The notes below the pieces were generated by a model, which saw only the letters and a program-made list of their open reading frames with translations, did not search any database and had not been told where the DNA came from. Position numbers and translations under genes: made by a program. Positions 38,957 to 48,241 of a stretch of DNA of 64,000 nt are shown here, piece by piece. Source of the DNA: Nitrospirota bacterium (GTDB taxonomy: Bacteria > Nitrospirota > UBA9217); the NCBI GenBank assembly GCA_963663225.1, contig OY760142.1, positions 288,001 to 352,000 on the forward strand. The letters are read 5' to 3'. Position 1 is the stretch's first letter. Each line of letters opens with the position of its first letter.

Positions 38957-40168
38957 TTAGCCGTGAGTTCCCGAAAGAACCGGCGCGGACAATTCTGCAC
39001 GGGCCAAGGTGCCGTTTCCGGTCTCTTCTAAGGAAAACCATAGGCTGAACGTGCTGCCTTTTCCCGATTCGCTCCGGACCGTGATCGCTCCTTTGTGGGC
39101 CTGCATAATTTTTGAAGTAATCGCCAGCCCAAGGCCGGTCCCGGAGTCCTTTGTTGTGAAAAATGGATCAAAAATCTTTTCAACGTTCTCGGGTGCAATG
39201 CCGCCGCCGTTGTCCGTGATATTTACGGCCACCTGGTTGTTGCTGCTTGCCGTCGTTATTTGAATCACGCCGCCGTCGGGCATGGCCTGCACCGCATTCA
39301 TAATAATGTTCATAAACACCTGTTTCAAAAGTTCTGCGTCTCCCATAATGGAGCAAGGTGCCGTCGCACGTTCAATGGTTACTCTGCGGGAATTCAAGAG
39401 CGGCGCCAGCATGTTCTGGGACTCCAGAATGACACTCTCCAGCTCGACAGACCTGAACGATGGTCTCCGGGGGCGCGCGAACAACAGCATATTGGTGAGA
39501 ATCGCATTGAGATTGCCGATCCCGGTTGAAATCCCTTGTGCAAGATCCCTGTGCTGGGTGTCTACAAGCTCTTTTTCGAGCATGCTCGCGAATAATTCAA
39601 TGCTGCAGAGCGGATTTCTGATTTCGTGTACGATCTTAACCGCCATTTCTCCCATGGAAATCAGACGCTGGTTGCGTTCCTGCTGGACTTCGAGCTCGCG
39701 CAGCCTTGTTATGTCCTTGATAAGCACAACACGCCCTCGCGACAATCCCGCTGCATCGACGACATTGGAATGAGATACGATGACCGTATATTTTTTCCCT
39801 TTCACCGTCAGCATGGTCTCCGGTCCTTCATCGGCCAGTGAGAAGTCAAGCGCTGAAAATGATTTCCCGGCGGATGTCCCCGGATCAAGGCCGAGCAGCT
39901 TCTCCGCGGACCGGTTCAGCATCGTGACCTGGCCGCGGGGATCCACAACAACGATGGCTTCTTCGAGGTTGTAGAGCACGGCATTCAGATAGTCCTTGCT
40001 TTGTTCTGCTTCGGCGAGCGCCCGGTTGAGCTGGTGGTTTTTGTTCTCCAGCTCCTTTGTCAGGTAGGTGATCCGGTCCTGCAAAAGCCCGTAATAGGAC
40101 TCAAGACTCTGCGATGCCCGGGTGAAATTATCAAACGCCTGATTCAGTTGTTCCACGTTCATAGCCAT
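38957..40168 (-). CDS. PAS sensor histidine kinase (FleS/FlgS-like)
   Basis: AFDNFTRASQSLESYY N-terminus, PAS, VHEIRNPL, FDPFFTTK; TAATG coupling to the upstream gene. Confidence 0.9.
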   Translation of the reverse strand: MAMNVEQLNQAFDNFTRASQSLESYYGLLQDRITYLTKELENKNHQLNRALAEAEQSKDYLNAVLYNLEEAIVVVDPRGQVTMLNRSAEKLLGLDPGTSAGKSFSALDFSLADEGPETMLTVKGKKYTVIVSHSNVVDAAGLSRGRVVLIKDITRLRELEVQQERNQRLISMGEMAVKIVHEIRNPLCSIELFASMLEKELVDTQHRDLAQGISTGIGNLNAILTNMLLFARPRRPSFRSVELESVILESQNMLAPLLNSRRVTIERATAPCSIMGDAELLKQVFMNIIMNAVQAMPDGGVIQITTASSNNQVAVNITDNGGGIAPENVEKIFDPFFTTKDSGTGLGLAITSKIMQAHKGAITVRSESGKGSTFSLWFSLEETGNGTLARAELSAPVLSGTHG

Positions 40169-41973
40169 TATGGTATCCTTTCGGAAATAGACCTGCCCTG
40201 CAGGTCCGCGCCGGCAAGACGGCCCAACGCGCTTTTGACCATTTTTATTTTCGCAAGCGCATCTGACGCCTGCTTTGCCGGTGCCAGCAGGGAAACTCGG
40301 TAGCAGGCCCATTCGATGTCCGCAAGCACTGCAGAGTTCTGCTTATTATCTATCTTGAGCGAAGCAACTGCGGCATAGTGCCCCAGGGCCTCCTGCTTTT
40401 TCCCCTGATCAAACAGAAAATCCGCAAACATGACCTGCGCGGTCGGCGACCACTGATTTTTTGAAAATAAATTATTGCAGAATACCACCGCCTGGCCGGG
40501 GTCCGGCAGTGACCGCGCCACGTCAAGGAGCAGTTGAACATCCGGTTCTTTCATTTCCTTGATGTTCTTCAGGGTTGCGAGCGTTTCCTGATATGCTCCG
40601 TTTACAAACAAGACTCTCGCCTGCGTCCGCAGCGCATCGTCTTCCGTGGCCAATTTTTTGCCCCGTTTGGCATACTGCGATGCAATTGCAGCCTCGCCGA
40701 TGTCCGCATAGAAATCAGCCAGGAGAAGCCTCCCTTGCGCCTTTGTTTCTTCCGAGCCGTTTTTTATGAGCCATCTGCAGATATCAAGGTAAATTTTCCC
40801 GGAGTGACGAAGAGCGCGTGCGATCTTTACGACGGATTGAGCCCGCGATGGTTCAAGGAGCCAGTGGCCCGCCACACGCCATACATTGGCCAGCTCCGCA
40901 TTGTTTTTGTCTTTCATCTCGATCAGCAGGGACTCGATCTCCTCAAGCGCCGCGGGCACCGGCGTACGTCTGCAAACCAGTTCGTTCAGAAAAGGAACCG
41001 CCGACTCCGGCTTGCCCTGGCTTCTGTACATTTTCGCAAGAAGGAGCAGTGCTGTGTCATATTCTTTCCCGTAAGGGTAGTTCCGCCGTATCTCAAGAAG
41101 ATTATTGAGCGCTTCTTCTTGCTTTCCCCAGGCGAGATAGGTCGTTGCCAGATGCAGGAGCGCCTGCTGATGCAGTCTCCGGTCTTTGGTAGTGAGCACT
41201 TCGGTAAAATACTTTTCTGCTGCGGAATATTTTTTTTCTTCTTTGGCGATCAGACCAAGCCCGGCATACGCAGAGAGCTGCAGATCAGGGTCTTTGATGG
41301 AATTTAGATAAATTTTTGCGTCCAGCAGTCTGCCCATCTCCCGAAAATTCTCACCGATATTGAAAAGTGCTTCCTGCGAGGATTCCACAAATTTTTTATC
41401 TCTGGCAAGAAGCGCCATGTACAGGTCATTGGCTTTTTTATAATTTCCGAGTTTGTGGACCGTATTTGCTTTTCCTAAGAGCGCCTGGACTGTTTCACCT
41501 GCTTTTTCATATGACTCAAGTGCCTCGTGAAAATTGCCGAGTTGGTACAATGAATCGGCGAGTCCAAGTTCAGCACGGGGCATGAATGAGGACTGCGGAA
41601 AATTTTTAAGAAAATTCCGGTAGCAAACCGTGGCCTCGGAATAATAGGTCATTTTTTTGTAGGTCTCCGCCCTGTCCAGAAGCAACCGTTCCTTCTCCGC
41701 TGTCGTGGCCGCATAAATATAAGCGATCCTGAAATGTTCTATGGATTCGGCCGGCTTTTTCATTTGCACAAGCGATTGTGCGAACAGGCTATGGTATCCA
41801 GAAAGTTCACGGCTGGTCGGCTGGTATGCTGACAGGACGTCCAGAGCATCTTCCGGCTTATTTGCATTCAACAATATCCGTGCTTTTTCGATCGGGCTGG
41901 TGCCTGTTGCGGAATCATCGGCTAAAACAGCCAAAGGCAGAAGAAGCGCTATGACAATAAACGCTATTCTCAT
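40168..41973 (-). CDS. Exported TPR-repeat protein
   Basis: Signal peptide MRIAFIVIALLLPLAVLA-D followed by many TPRs. Confidence 0.8.
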   Translation of the reverse strand: MRIAFIVIALLLPLAVLADDSATGTSPIEKARILLNANKPEDALDVLSAYQPTSRELSGYHSLFAQSLVQMKKPAESIEHFRIAYIYAATTAEKERLLLDRAETYKKMTYYSEATVCYRNFLKNFPQSSFMPRAELGLADSLYQLGNFHEALESYEKAGETVQALLGKANTVHKLGNYKKANDLYMALLARDKKFVESSQEALFNIGENFREMGRLLDAKIYLNSIKDPDLQLSAYAGLGLIAKEEKKYSAAEKYFTEVLTTKDRRLHQQALLHLATTYLAWGKQEEALNNLLEIRRNYPYGKEYDTALLLLAKMYRSQGKPESAVPFLNELVCRRTPVPAALEEIESLLIEMKDKNNAELANVWRVAGHWLLEPSRAQSVVKIARALRHSGKIYLDICRWLIKNGSEETKAQGRLLLADFYADIGEAAIASQYAKRGKKLATEDDALRTQARVLFVNGAYQETLATLKNIKEMKEPDVQLLLDVARSLPDPGQAVVFCNNLFSKNQWSPTAQVMFADFLFDQGKKQEALGHYAAVASLKIDNKQNSAVLADIEWACYRVSLLAPAKQASDALAKIKMVKSALGRLAGADLQGRSISERIP

Positions 41974-41984
41974 ACCTGACATAA

Positions 41985-42000
41985 AGCAACAAGCATGCCC
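41985..42000 (-). promoter_or_regulatory. Sigma54 promoter (-24/-12) of the TPR-fleS-fleR operon
   Basis: GGGCATGCTTGTTGCT, i.e. GG-N10-GC. Confidence 0.8.
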
Positions 42001-42005
42001 AAACT

Positions 42006-42018
42006 TAACATATTGATA
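42006..42018 (-). promoter_or_regulatory. IHF binding site
   Basis: TATCAA-TATG-TTA matches WATCAANNNNTTR, in an AT-rich tract next to the sigma54 promoter. Confidence 0.65.
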
Positions 42019-42055
42019 TATAATGATTTTTTAATAAATTGCGCCGGGAAAATAC

Positions 42056-42069
42056 GTCAGAGAAATGAC
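42056..42069. promoter_or_regulatory. FleQ-box-like enhancer
   Basis: GTCA-gagaaa-TGAC palindrome about 80-95 bp upstream of the predicted start site. Confidence 0.6.
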
Positions 42070-42097
42070 AGGTGGCAGTGATTTGGCGGATATTACG

Positions 42098-43516
42098 CTA
42101 TTTCGTTGATTCTATGCCCATTTTTTTCATTTTTTCAAGTAATGTGGTCCTGTTGAGGCCAAGAAATTGTGCCGCTTTGCTTTTGACCCCTCCTGATTTT
42201 GACAACGCTTTGAGAATCAAGTCTTTTTCCAGATTGCTGACGATTGAGCTGAGATCAACACCGGTTTCGGGAATATCATTGGCCGTCTTTTGTGCTGTGG
42301 CTGAAATAGACGAGACAGGATCAGCGCTCGGCTGCTGCGCCGGCAGGCAGGCGTGAAACTTTTCGGGAAGATCAGAAACCTGAATGGTATCGTTGCGTAC
42401 AAGGATAGTAAGACGCTCTATTAAATTTTCCAGCTCCCGGACATTCCCGGGCCATTGGTATGACAACAGGCAATTCATGGCTTCCTGGGAAAATACAAAC
42501 GGGTTCCGCTTTCGTTTTTTAGCAAACTCGTGGATAAAATGATCAACAAGAAGCGGAATATCTTCAGGCCTGCTCCTGAGGGGTGGAAGATGGAGCGGAA
42601 TTACATTCAGTCGGTAGAACAAGTCCTCTCTGAACTTGCCTTCCTGGGTAATTTTTTCGAGATTTCTATTTGTTGCAGCCAGCACCCGCACATCTACCTT
42701 TACGGTTTTCATGCCTCCGACGCGCTCAAATTCCCGCTCCTGCAGTACCCGCAGGAGCTTTACCTGGAGCGAAGGATCCAGCTCTCCCACTTCGTCGAGA
42801 AAGATCGTCCCATTCTGCGCCAGCTCGAATCTGCCGATCCGAGTGTTGATCGCGCCGGTAAAGGCACCTTTTTCGTGCCCAAACAGTTCTGATTCAAGAA
42901 GATCGCGCGGTATCGCAGCACAGTTCAGCGGCACAAACGGCCCCTGTGAGCGGGAGCTGTTGTAATGGATAGTCTTGGCAATAAGCTCTTTTCCGGTGCC
43001 GCTGTCGCCAAGGATCATGACCGTGCTGTCCGTGTCCGCTATCTGTTCGATCAGCCTGTACACTACCTGCATGCTGGGAGAGTCCCCGACAATACCCTCA
43101 AACTTGTATTTCTTCATAAGCTGCATCTTGAGCATGATGTTTTCCTTCTGCAGCTTTGAGACGTTCAACGCCTTGTTGATGACAATCATGATCTCATCAA
43201 GGTTGAAGGGTTTTGTGACATACTCGAAGGCCCCGAGCTTCATCGCTTCTACTGCGGTCTGTACGGTTCCGAAGGCGGTGATCACGAGAACAGGCGTTTT
43301 GATGTTCAGGGTGGAAATTTTTTTCAGGATTTCGATGCCGTTGATTCCCGGCATGATAAGGTCAGTCAGGATAATATCGAACGAACTGCTTTTGATACAA
43401 TCGATTCCACTCTGCCCGTCTACGGCAAGAGTGACTTCAAAACCTTTGTTTGCCAGAAAAGATTGCAGGACATCGCGGACTGTTTCATCATCGTCAATAA
43501 TAAGGACTCTTTGCAT
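42098..43516 (-). CDS. Sigma54-dependent flagellar master regulator (FleQ/FlrA/FgrM-like) with intact receiver
   Basis: ILTDLIMPG, GDSGTGKE, GAFTGA, C-terminal GLNRTTLLEKMKK. Confidence 0.88.
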   Translation of the reverse strand: MQRVLIIDDDETVRDVLQSFLANKGFEVTLAVDGQSGIDCIKSSSFDIILTDLIMPGINGIEILKKISTLNIKTPVLVITAFGTVQTAVEAMKLGAFEYVTKPFNLDEIMIVINKALNVSKLQKENIMLKMQLMKKYKFEGIVGDSPSMQVVYRLIEQIADTDSTVMILGDSGTGKELIAKTIHYNSSRSQGPFVPLNCAAIPRDLLESELFGHEKGAFTGAINTRIGRFELAQNGTIFLDEVGELDPSLQVKLLRVLQEREFERVGGMKTVKVDVRVLAATNRNLEKITQEGKFREDLFYRLNVIPLHLPPLRSRPEDIPLLVDHFIHEFAKKRKRNPFVFSQEAMNCLLSYQWPGNVRELENLIERLTILVRNDTIQVSDLPEKFHACLPAQQPSADPVSSISATAQKTANDIPETGVDLSSIVSNLEKDLILKALSKSGGVKSKAAQFLGLNRTTLLEKMKKMGIESTK

Positions 43517-43522
43517 GAACGT

Positions 43523-43550
43523 ATTATACAGATTATCGGCGATGTGTCAA
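43523..43550 (-). promoter_or_regulatory. Consensus sigma70 promoter of the master regulator
   Basis: TTGACA-16 nt-TATAAT, 6 nt before the ATG. Confidence 0.85.
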
Positions 43551-43559
43551 TACATTGAC
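43546..43559. promoter_or_regulatory. FleQ-box-like operator overlapping the -35
   Basis: GTCAAT-AC-ATTGAC perfect inverted repeat. Confidence 0.7.
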
Positions 43560-43757
43560 GCGAGGTTTTTATATATGCTTGGTACCGCTTGACGCCAGCG
43601 GAAAAAGCAGGAAAAGCTGTTATGCGCGTAAATCGTAAATATGGAAGCTATCGAACAAATTTCCAGTATTTGCTAACAGTTGAATAGGCAAAGGGAAATT
43701 GGTTGCACGCCCTGTTTTCTGCGCACAGACATTCAGTGAGCATGCACTTGCACGCTC

Positions 43758-44252
43758 TTACTCGGCCGCCGCCATTTGAGCGGTAATTCCGAACACCGCA
43801 TCATGCTCTTCCCGGCCAAGGAGTTTGTCCATGTCGAGAATAATGATAAGTCCCTGCTCAAGCCGGGCTATTCCGTAAATAAACTCGGCTTTCACTTCCG
43901 ACGCCACGGGAGGAGCCGGCATGATTACGCTCTGCGGGATTCTGAGCACCTCCGAAACAGCATCTACCAGAATGCCCATGGTGTGCCCCCGGACATTCAT
44001 AATCACGATCTTCGTGTAATCATCGAGTGTTTTTGCTTCGATCCCGAATTTTTTCCGCAAATTCAAGACCGGGATGACTTTCCCTCTGAGATTGATCGCC
44101 CCTTCAACATACGGCGGAGCATGGGGGATCTTTGCGAAATCCTTGATGTTATTGATCTCCTGCACCTTCAGAATGTTCACTCCGTATTTTTCCGCCGCCA
44201 GTTTAAACGTCACGAACTGGAGCATTTCTGAATTGACCGTATCGGTTACCAT
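43758..44252 (-). CDS. cheW: CheW
   Basis: LQFVTFKL, GAINLRGKVIPVLNLR and GILVDAVSEV motifs. Confidence 0.94.
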   Translation of the reverse strand: MVTDTVNSEMLQFVTFKLAAEKYGVNILKVQEINNIKDFAKIPHAPPYVEGAINLRGKVIPVLNLRKKFGIEAKTLDDYTKIVIMNVRGHTMGILVDAVSEVLRIPQSVIMPAPPVASEVKAEFIYGIARLEQGLIIILDMDKLLGREEHDAVFGITAQMAAAE

Positions 44253-44329
44253 AAGACCTCCCTGCGGAACAGCGCGTCAGAACAGCACTGTCCGGTAGTA
44301 TGTTAGGCATCGCAGCGTGCCGATGTTTT

Positions 44330-45940
44330 TTATACTTTAAACCATGTCGTCATTTCGTGAAGCTTCGCCGTCTGCTGGGCAAGCTCATCAGAAGACTGCT
44401 TGATGCTCACCGTCGAAGCTGCAGCTTGCTTCGTAATGGTTGAAATACTCGTCATATTCTGGGTCACCTGCTCTGATGCCGCTGACTGCTGTTCAGTCGC
44501 CGCAGCTATCCGCTGAACCATGTCCATTGACAAGGACGACACTTGAACAATGGAATCGAGCGACATGCTCGCCTCCTTTGCCTGGTCAACCCCTTTAGTC
44601 ACCTCTTCCGCGCCTTTTCGCATCGCCTCCACGGATTCCGTGGCTGCCTTTTGAATGGCGCTTATCCGGTCCGCAATGTCTTGTGTCGCCTGTCCGGTCC
44701 GTTCAGCAAGCTTTCGCACTTCATCGGCGACCACAGCAAAGCCCCGCCCCTGTTCACCTGCCCGCGCAGCTTCAATAGCCGCGTTCAGCGCTAGGAGATT
44801 GGTCTGGTCCGCAATGCCGTTGATGACCGCCACGATCTCGCCGATCTGGGCCGAGCTTTTCCCCAATTCTTCGATTGTTGTCGCGGCACCATTCACCGTT
44901 TCCGATATTGCCTCCATACTGTTTGCCGTGGCATCGATGACCGATTTCCCCTGAACCGCCGTGCCGGACGAATTCTTTGCGGCATCTGCCGCGCTGCTCG
45001 CGTTCTTTGCTACGTCCATGTTCGTTTGGGAAACCTCCGTCATCGCCGTGACAACCTGGTCCGTTTGCGAATTAAGATCCTGTGTGCCCTTATAAAGGTC
45101 GTCCGCCGTTGCTCTCAATTGCTCCGAACTGACGCTCAGCGTACCTGCCGTGGAATTTATCTGAGCAACCATCTCGCGGACACTCTTGATCATATGGTTA
45201 AAGCTTTCGGCTAATTCGCCGATTTCATTCTTTGCTTTTACTTCCACTTGCGCGGTCAAATTGCCTTTTGACAATTCCCCTGCTGCGGCAACCACATGGT
45301 CCAGAGGAGCAAAAAGACGGCGGGTGACCAAATACGTAAGCGCTCCCACACCTGCCAGAATGGCAGCCGCAACAATTATTATAATAGTCATTAATCGGTA
45401 GAAAGGAGCAAAATAGTCACTTTCCCTGATGCCGACAAACAGAGCCCCGATTACTTCCCCCTGATCGTTCTTTATGGGATCATATGCAGTAAAATATTTT
45501 TCTCCAAGAACTACCGCTTCACCCCGGTATGCTTTTTTGTCCTTAAAAATCGCTTCATAGGCAGGTCCCTGGAGTTTCGTTCCTATTGCGCGTCCGCCTT
45601 CGGGCTTCATTACCGTAGTAGAAATCCTCATGTCTCCCATGAAAATCGTTGCCGCATCACCCACCAGTTCTTTGATTTTATCCGGGAGTTCGTAATTTTC
45701 GTTTAATACATACGAGTCCGCAAGAAGCTTTCCATCGACGACCCGAAAATGCGCCCCTTTGTCTTTTAAGAAAGACCAAAATATTTTCAAATGATCGTCT
45801 TGTGTATCTTTAACCTGGTACATCAGCGACTGGTGAAATATCGACAAACATACGGCGGTAATAATACAAAGAGCTGTTCCGACACCAAGCACGCTGAAAA
45901 GAACAAGCTGTGAACGAATTTTCATGTTGTTGATTATCAT
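44330..45940 (-). CDS. Methyl-accepting chemotaxis protein (Cache_3/Cache_2-type sensor, HAMP)
   Basis: [13 protein letters not shown]...RAIGT...YFTAYDPI...GALFVG sensor; MCP hairpin motif. Confidence 0.93.
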   Translation of the reverse strand: MIINNMKIRSQLVLFSVLGVGTALCIITAVCLSIFHQSLMYQVKDTQDDHLKIFWSFLKDKGAHFRVVDGKLLADSYVLNENYELPDKIKELVGDAATIFMGDMRISTTVMKPEGGRAIGTKLQGPAYEAIFKDKKAYRGEAVVLGEKYFTAYDPIKNDQGEVIGALFVGIRESDYFAPFYRLMTIIIIVAAAILAGVGALTYLVTRRLFAPLDHVVAAAGELSKGNLTAQVEVKAKNEIGELAESFNHMIKSVREMVAQINSTAGTLSVSSEQLRATADDLYKGTQDLNSQTDQVVTAMTEVSQTNMDVAKNASSAADAAKNSSGTAVQGKSVIDATANSMEAISETVNGAATTIEELGKSSAQIGEIVAVINGIADQTNLLALNAAIEAARAGEQGRGFAVVADEVRKLAERTGQATQDIADRISAIQKAATESVEAMRKGAEEVTKGVDQAKEASMSLDSIVQVSSLSMDMVQRIAAATEQQSAASEQVTQNMTSISTITKQAAASTVSIKQSSDELAQQTAKLHEMTTWFKV

Positions 45941-46020
45941 ATAAAAAAACCCTTTCGTTATCTAAATCGCGCGTTCAAATCGCGCCCTATTGCCGATCAT
46001 ATTGAAGCAATAGTAATCTA

Positions 46021-48102
46021 TTACTTGAACGCTCCCGAAGCTACGATAATGTCTTCGTATCGTTCGTTGTACGCTATTTTGTTTTCCATTTCTTTTGTGG
46101 CAGGGTTAATAGTTTTATATTCCTGCCATCCCTTGCCCGCTGTTCTGGCGATCTCAATGCGGTCGCGGACAATCGGCTTGTTGTCCGGGTCCATAAGGTT
46201 TATCATGTCTTCGCCGACTTTTTCCTTATCGCGGCCATGTGCGAGGCATTTGCCGTTCATGTCGTAGACCACAATGTAGAGGTCTCTGTTTACAAATGCG
46301 CCTGCATGGTCGTTGAACTCGGTAAAGGCCGTATCCCGGCCTTTGGTCTTGATGAAATCAATCGCCTTTTTGACAAGTATCTCCGCCTCTGCGGGGGTTG
46401 CTTTGAAGAACGCAATCTGCTTTCGGAGGTCCACGGTGAGCTTGGCAAGGTCTTCTGCAGCACTTTTTATCTGCTGTGCGTATACGGAAGATTGCTTTGT
46501 GATGCTCGCTATATTTTCCATGTTTTGAGTGACTTCCTCCGATGCCGCCGATTGTTCCTCAGTTGCCGCCGCAATCCGCTGCACCAGGTCCATCGCTCCG
46601 GATGATGCCTGGACAATGGAATCTAGGGATGCGCTTGCATCTTTCGCAAGTCCTACACCGCTTTCCACTTCGCTGCTGCCCAGTTTTACCGCCTCGACTG
46701 CACCAGCCGCCGCTGACTGAATGCCGCTGATTCTGTCTGCAATGTCTTTGGTCGCCTGGCTGGTACGTTCGGCAAGTTTCCGGACTTCATCAGCAACCAC
46801 GGCGAAACCGCGTCCCTGCTCGCCTGCCCGCGCGGCCTCGATGGCCGCATTCAGCGCCAGCAGGTTCGTCTGGTCCGCAATCCCGTTAATAACCGCAACA
46901 ATTTCTCCGATCTGCGCGGAGCTTTTTCCCAACTCTTCAATGGTTGCTGCTGTTTCTTTCACTATCTGTGCAATCCTGACCATGTCTTCCGCAGACTTAT
47001 CAACAGTCAGTTTTCCCTGCGCAGCGGTTTCAGAAGCTTTTTTACTCGCATCTGCCGCGTGAGATGCATTTTTTGCGACATCCATGATGGTTTGCGAAAC
47101 TTCGGTCATGGCCGTTACGACCTGTTCCACCTGCGATGAAAGCTCCTGGGCTCCCTTGCTCAGATCATCGGAGGATTCGGAAAGGTTGAAACTTCTCGAC
47201 GACACGCTGTCCGAGGCGTTTTTAATATCCGTGACCAATTTTTTCAACTTGTCATTCATGGTATGCACTGCTGCATAAATCCCGACTTCCACTTTTCCGT
47301 TCGATTCAAATTGCACGTTCAAATTGCCTTGGGATATTTTTTCCGCTATTTCTGCTATAAAAGACGGCTCTCCGCCTACTTGTTTCAATATTTTTTTCGT
47401 GGTCCTGTTTGTAACGATCAACGCAATAAGGACAAATAAAACCGTAGAGGCAATAAGCAAATAGATCCCGTTCAAAAAACTGTTCTTAAATTGTTCTTCC
47501 TGTTTTTTTACGATCGCTTCAATATCATCTACATAATTGCCGGTCACGACGACCCAATTAAAAGGCTTAAACTGGAGTGCATAACTTCTCTTAGGAAGGG
47601 GAACCGTGCCTCCGTCCTTCGGATACCAATAGGTGCTGAATCCGCCCTCCGGGTTCGCTCCTTCCTTGAGAAAATCACGTACCATATAATTGCCCTTTTT
47701 ATCCTGAGTATCATACCGATTGGTACCTACGTTGCTGGTATTCGGGTGGGCAACACTGATGCCTTCCATCGTATACGCGATAACATAACCGTCCTTTCCG
47801 AACTTAAGTGACATCAAAATGCCAGCACCTGTTTTTTTAGCCTGGTCCAGCGTTAGCTCCCCTCTTTGTTGTCTCTCATGAATGCCCTGGAGCATCGAGA
47901 CAGCCGTCTGGACTTCGCTTTTTGCCAGTGAGTCGAAATCCGCATATAAAGCTTTTCGATACTCTTCTGTAGCTTGTGTGTATATTCTGTAGCTTTGCGT
48001 CAATGCAATTAAACTCACGACCATAGCGACGGACACACAACCGCCTACAAAGAGGAATGATATTTTGTTGCCGAAACTGTTCAGTTTAGATAGCATTTTC
48101 AT
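46021..48102 (-). CDS. Methyl-accepting chemotaxis protein: periplasmic sCache_2, HAMP, signalling domain, C-terminal sCache_2
   Basis: Two TM segments flank the sCache_2 (YWYPK...PKRSY...TGNYVDD); about 125 extra residues (EAEILVKKA...[17 protein letters not shown]...GKGWQEY) follow the signalling domain. Confidence 0.9.
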   Translation of the reverse strand: MKMLSKLNSFGNKISFLFVGGCVSVAMVVSLIALTQSYRIYTQATEEYRKALYADFDSLAKSEVQTAVSMLQGIHERQQRGELTLDQAKKTGAGILMSLKFGKDGYVIAYTMEGISVAHPNTSNVGTNRYDTQDKKGNYMVRDFLKEGANPEGGFSTYWYPKDGGTVPLPKRSYALQFKPFNWVVVTGNYVDDIEAIVKKQEEQFKNSFLNGIYLLIASTVLFVLIALIVTNRTTKKILKQVGGEPSFIAEIAEKISQGNLNVQFESNGKVEVGIYAAVHTMNDKLKKLVTDIKNASDSVSSRSFNLSESSDDLSKGAQELSSQVEQVVTAMTEVSQTIMDVAKNASHAADASKKASETAAQGKLTVDKSAEDMVRIAQIVKETAATIEELGKSSAQIGEIVAVINGIADQTNLLALNAAIEAARAGEQGRGFAVVADEVRKLAERTSQATKDIADRISGIQSAAAGAVEAVKLGSSEVESGVGLAKDASASLDSIVQASSGAMDLVQRIAAATEEQSAASEEVTQNMENIASITKQSSVYAQQIKSAAEDLAKLTVDLRKQIAFFKATPAEAEILVKKAIDFIKTKGRDTAFTEFNDHAGAFVNRDLYIVVYDMNGKCLAHGRDKEKVGEDMINLMDPDNKPIVRDRIEIARTAGKGWQEYKTINPATKEMENKIAYNERYEDIIVASGAFK

Positions 48103-48241
48103 GGTTTTTGCTTTCTATTGCAGTCACTGTCACCTGCAAACTATCCGCGATTTCTTCGCAGAAAAACTGTCTCATGGACAAATCGGTTTTTTTATAAAAA
48201 TCCACCGGCTCCGCCTTTCTGCTGCAAACAGTGCATATACC

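Noticed and set aside
42098-43516. c-di-GMP binding by the FleQ-like regulator
   Set aside because: The Pseudomonas FleQ binding residues (LFRS, RN) are not present, and the receiver Asp is intact, so phosphorylation control is more likely.
43533-43540. GCCGATAA (sigma28 -10) inside the sigma70 spacer of the master regulator promoter
   Set aside because: No TAAA at 15-nt spacing (the position reads GTCA), so a FliA feedback promoter is not supported, although not excluded.
43560-43757. About 200-bp intergenic region checked for a c-di-GMP riboswitch or sRNA
   Set aside because: A GGCAAA is present, but the paired GAAA-tetraloop/receptor architecture and a terminator are not visible.
45964-45985. 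Direct repeat AAATCGCGC twice upstream of an MCP
   Set aside because: Two copies of 9 nt with no other occurrence noticed; not enough to call an operator.
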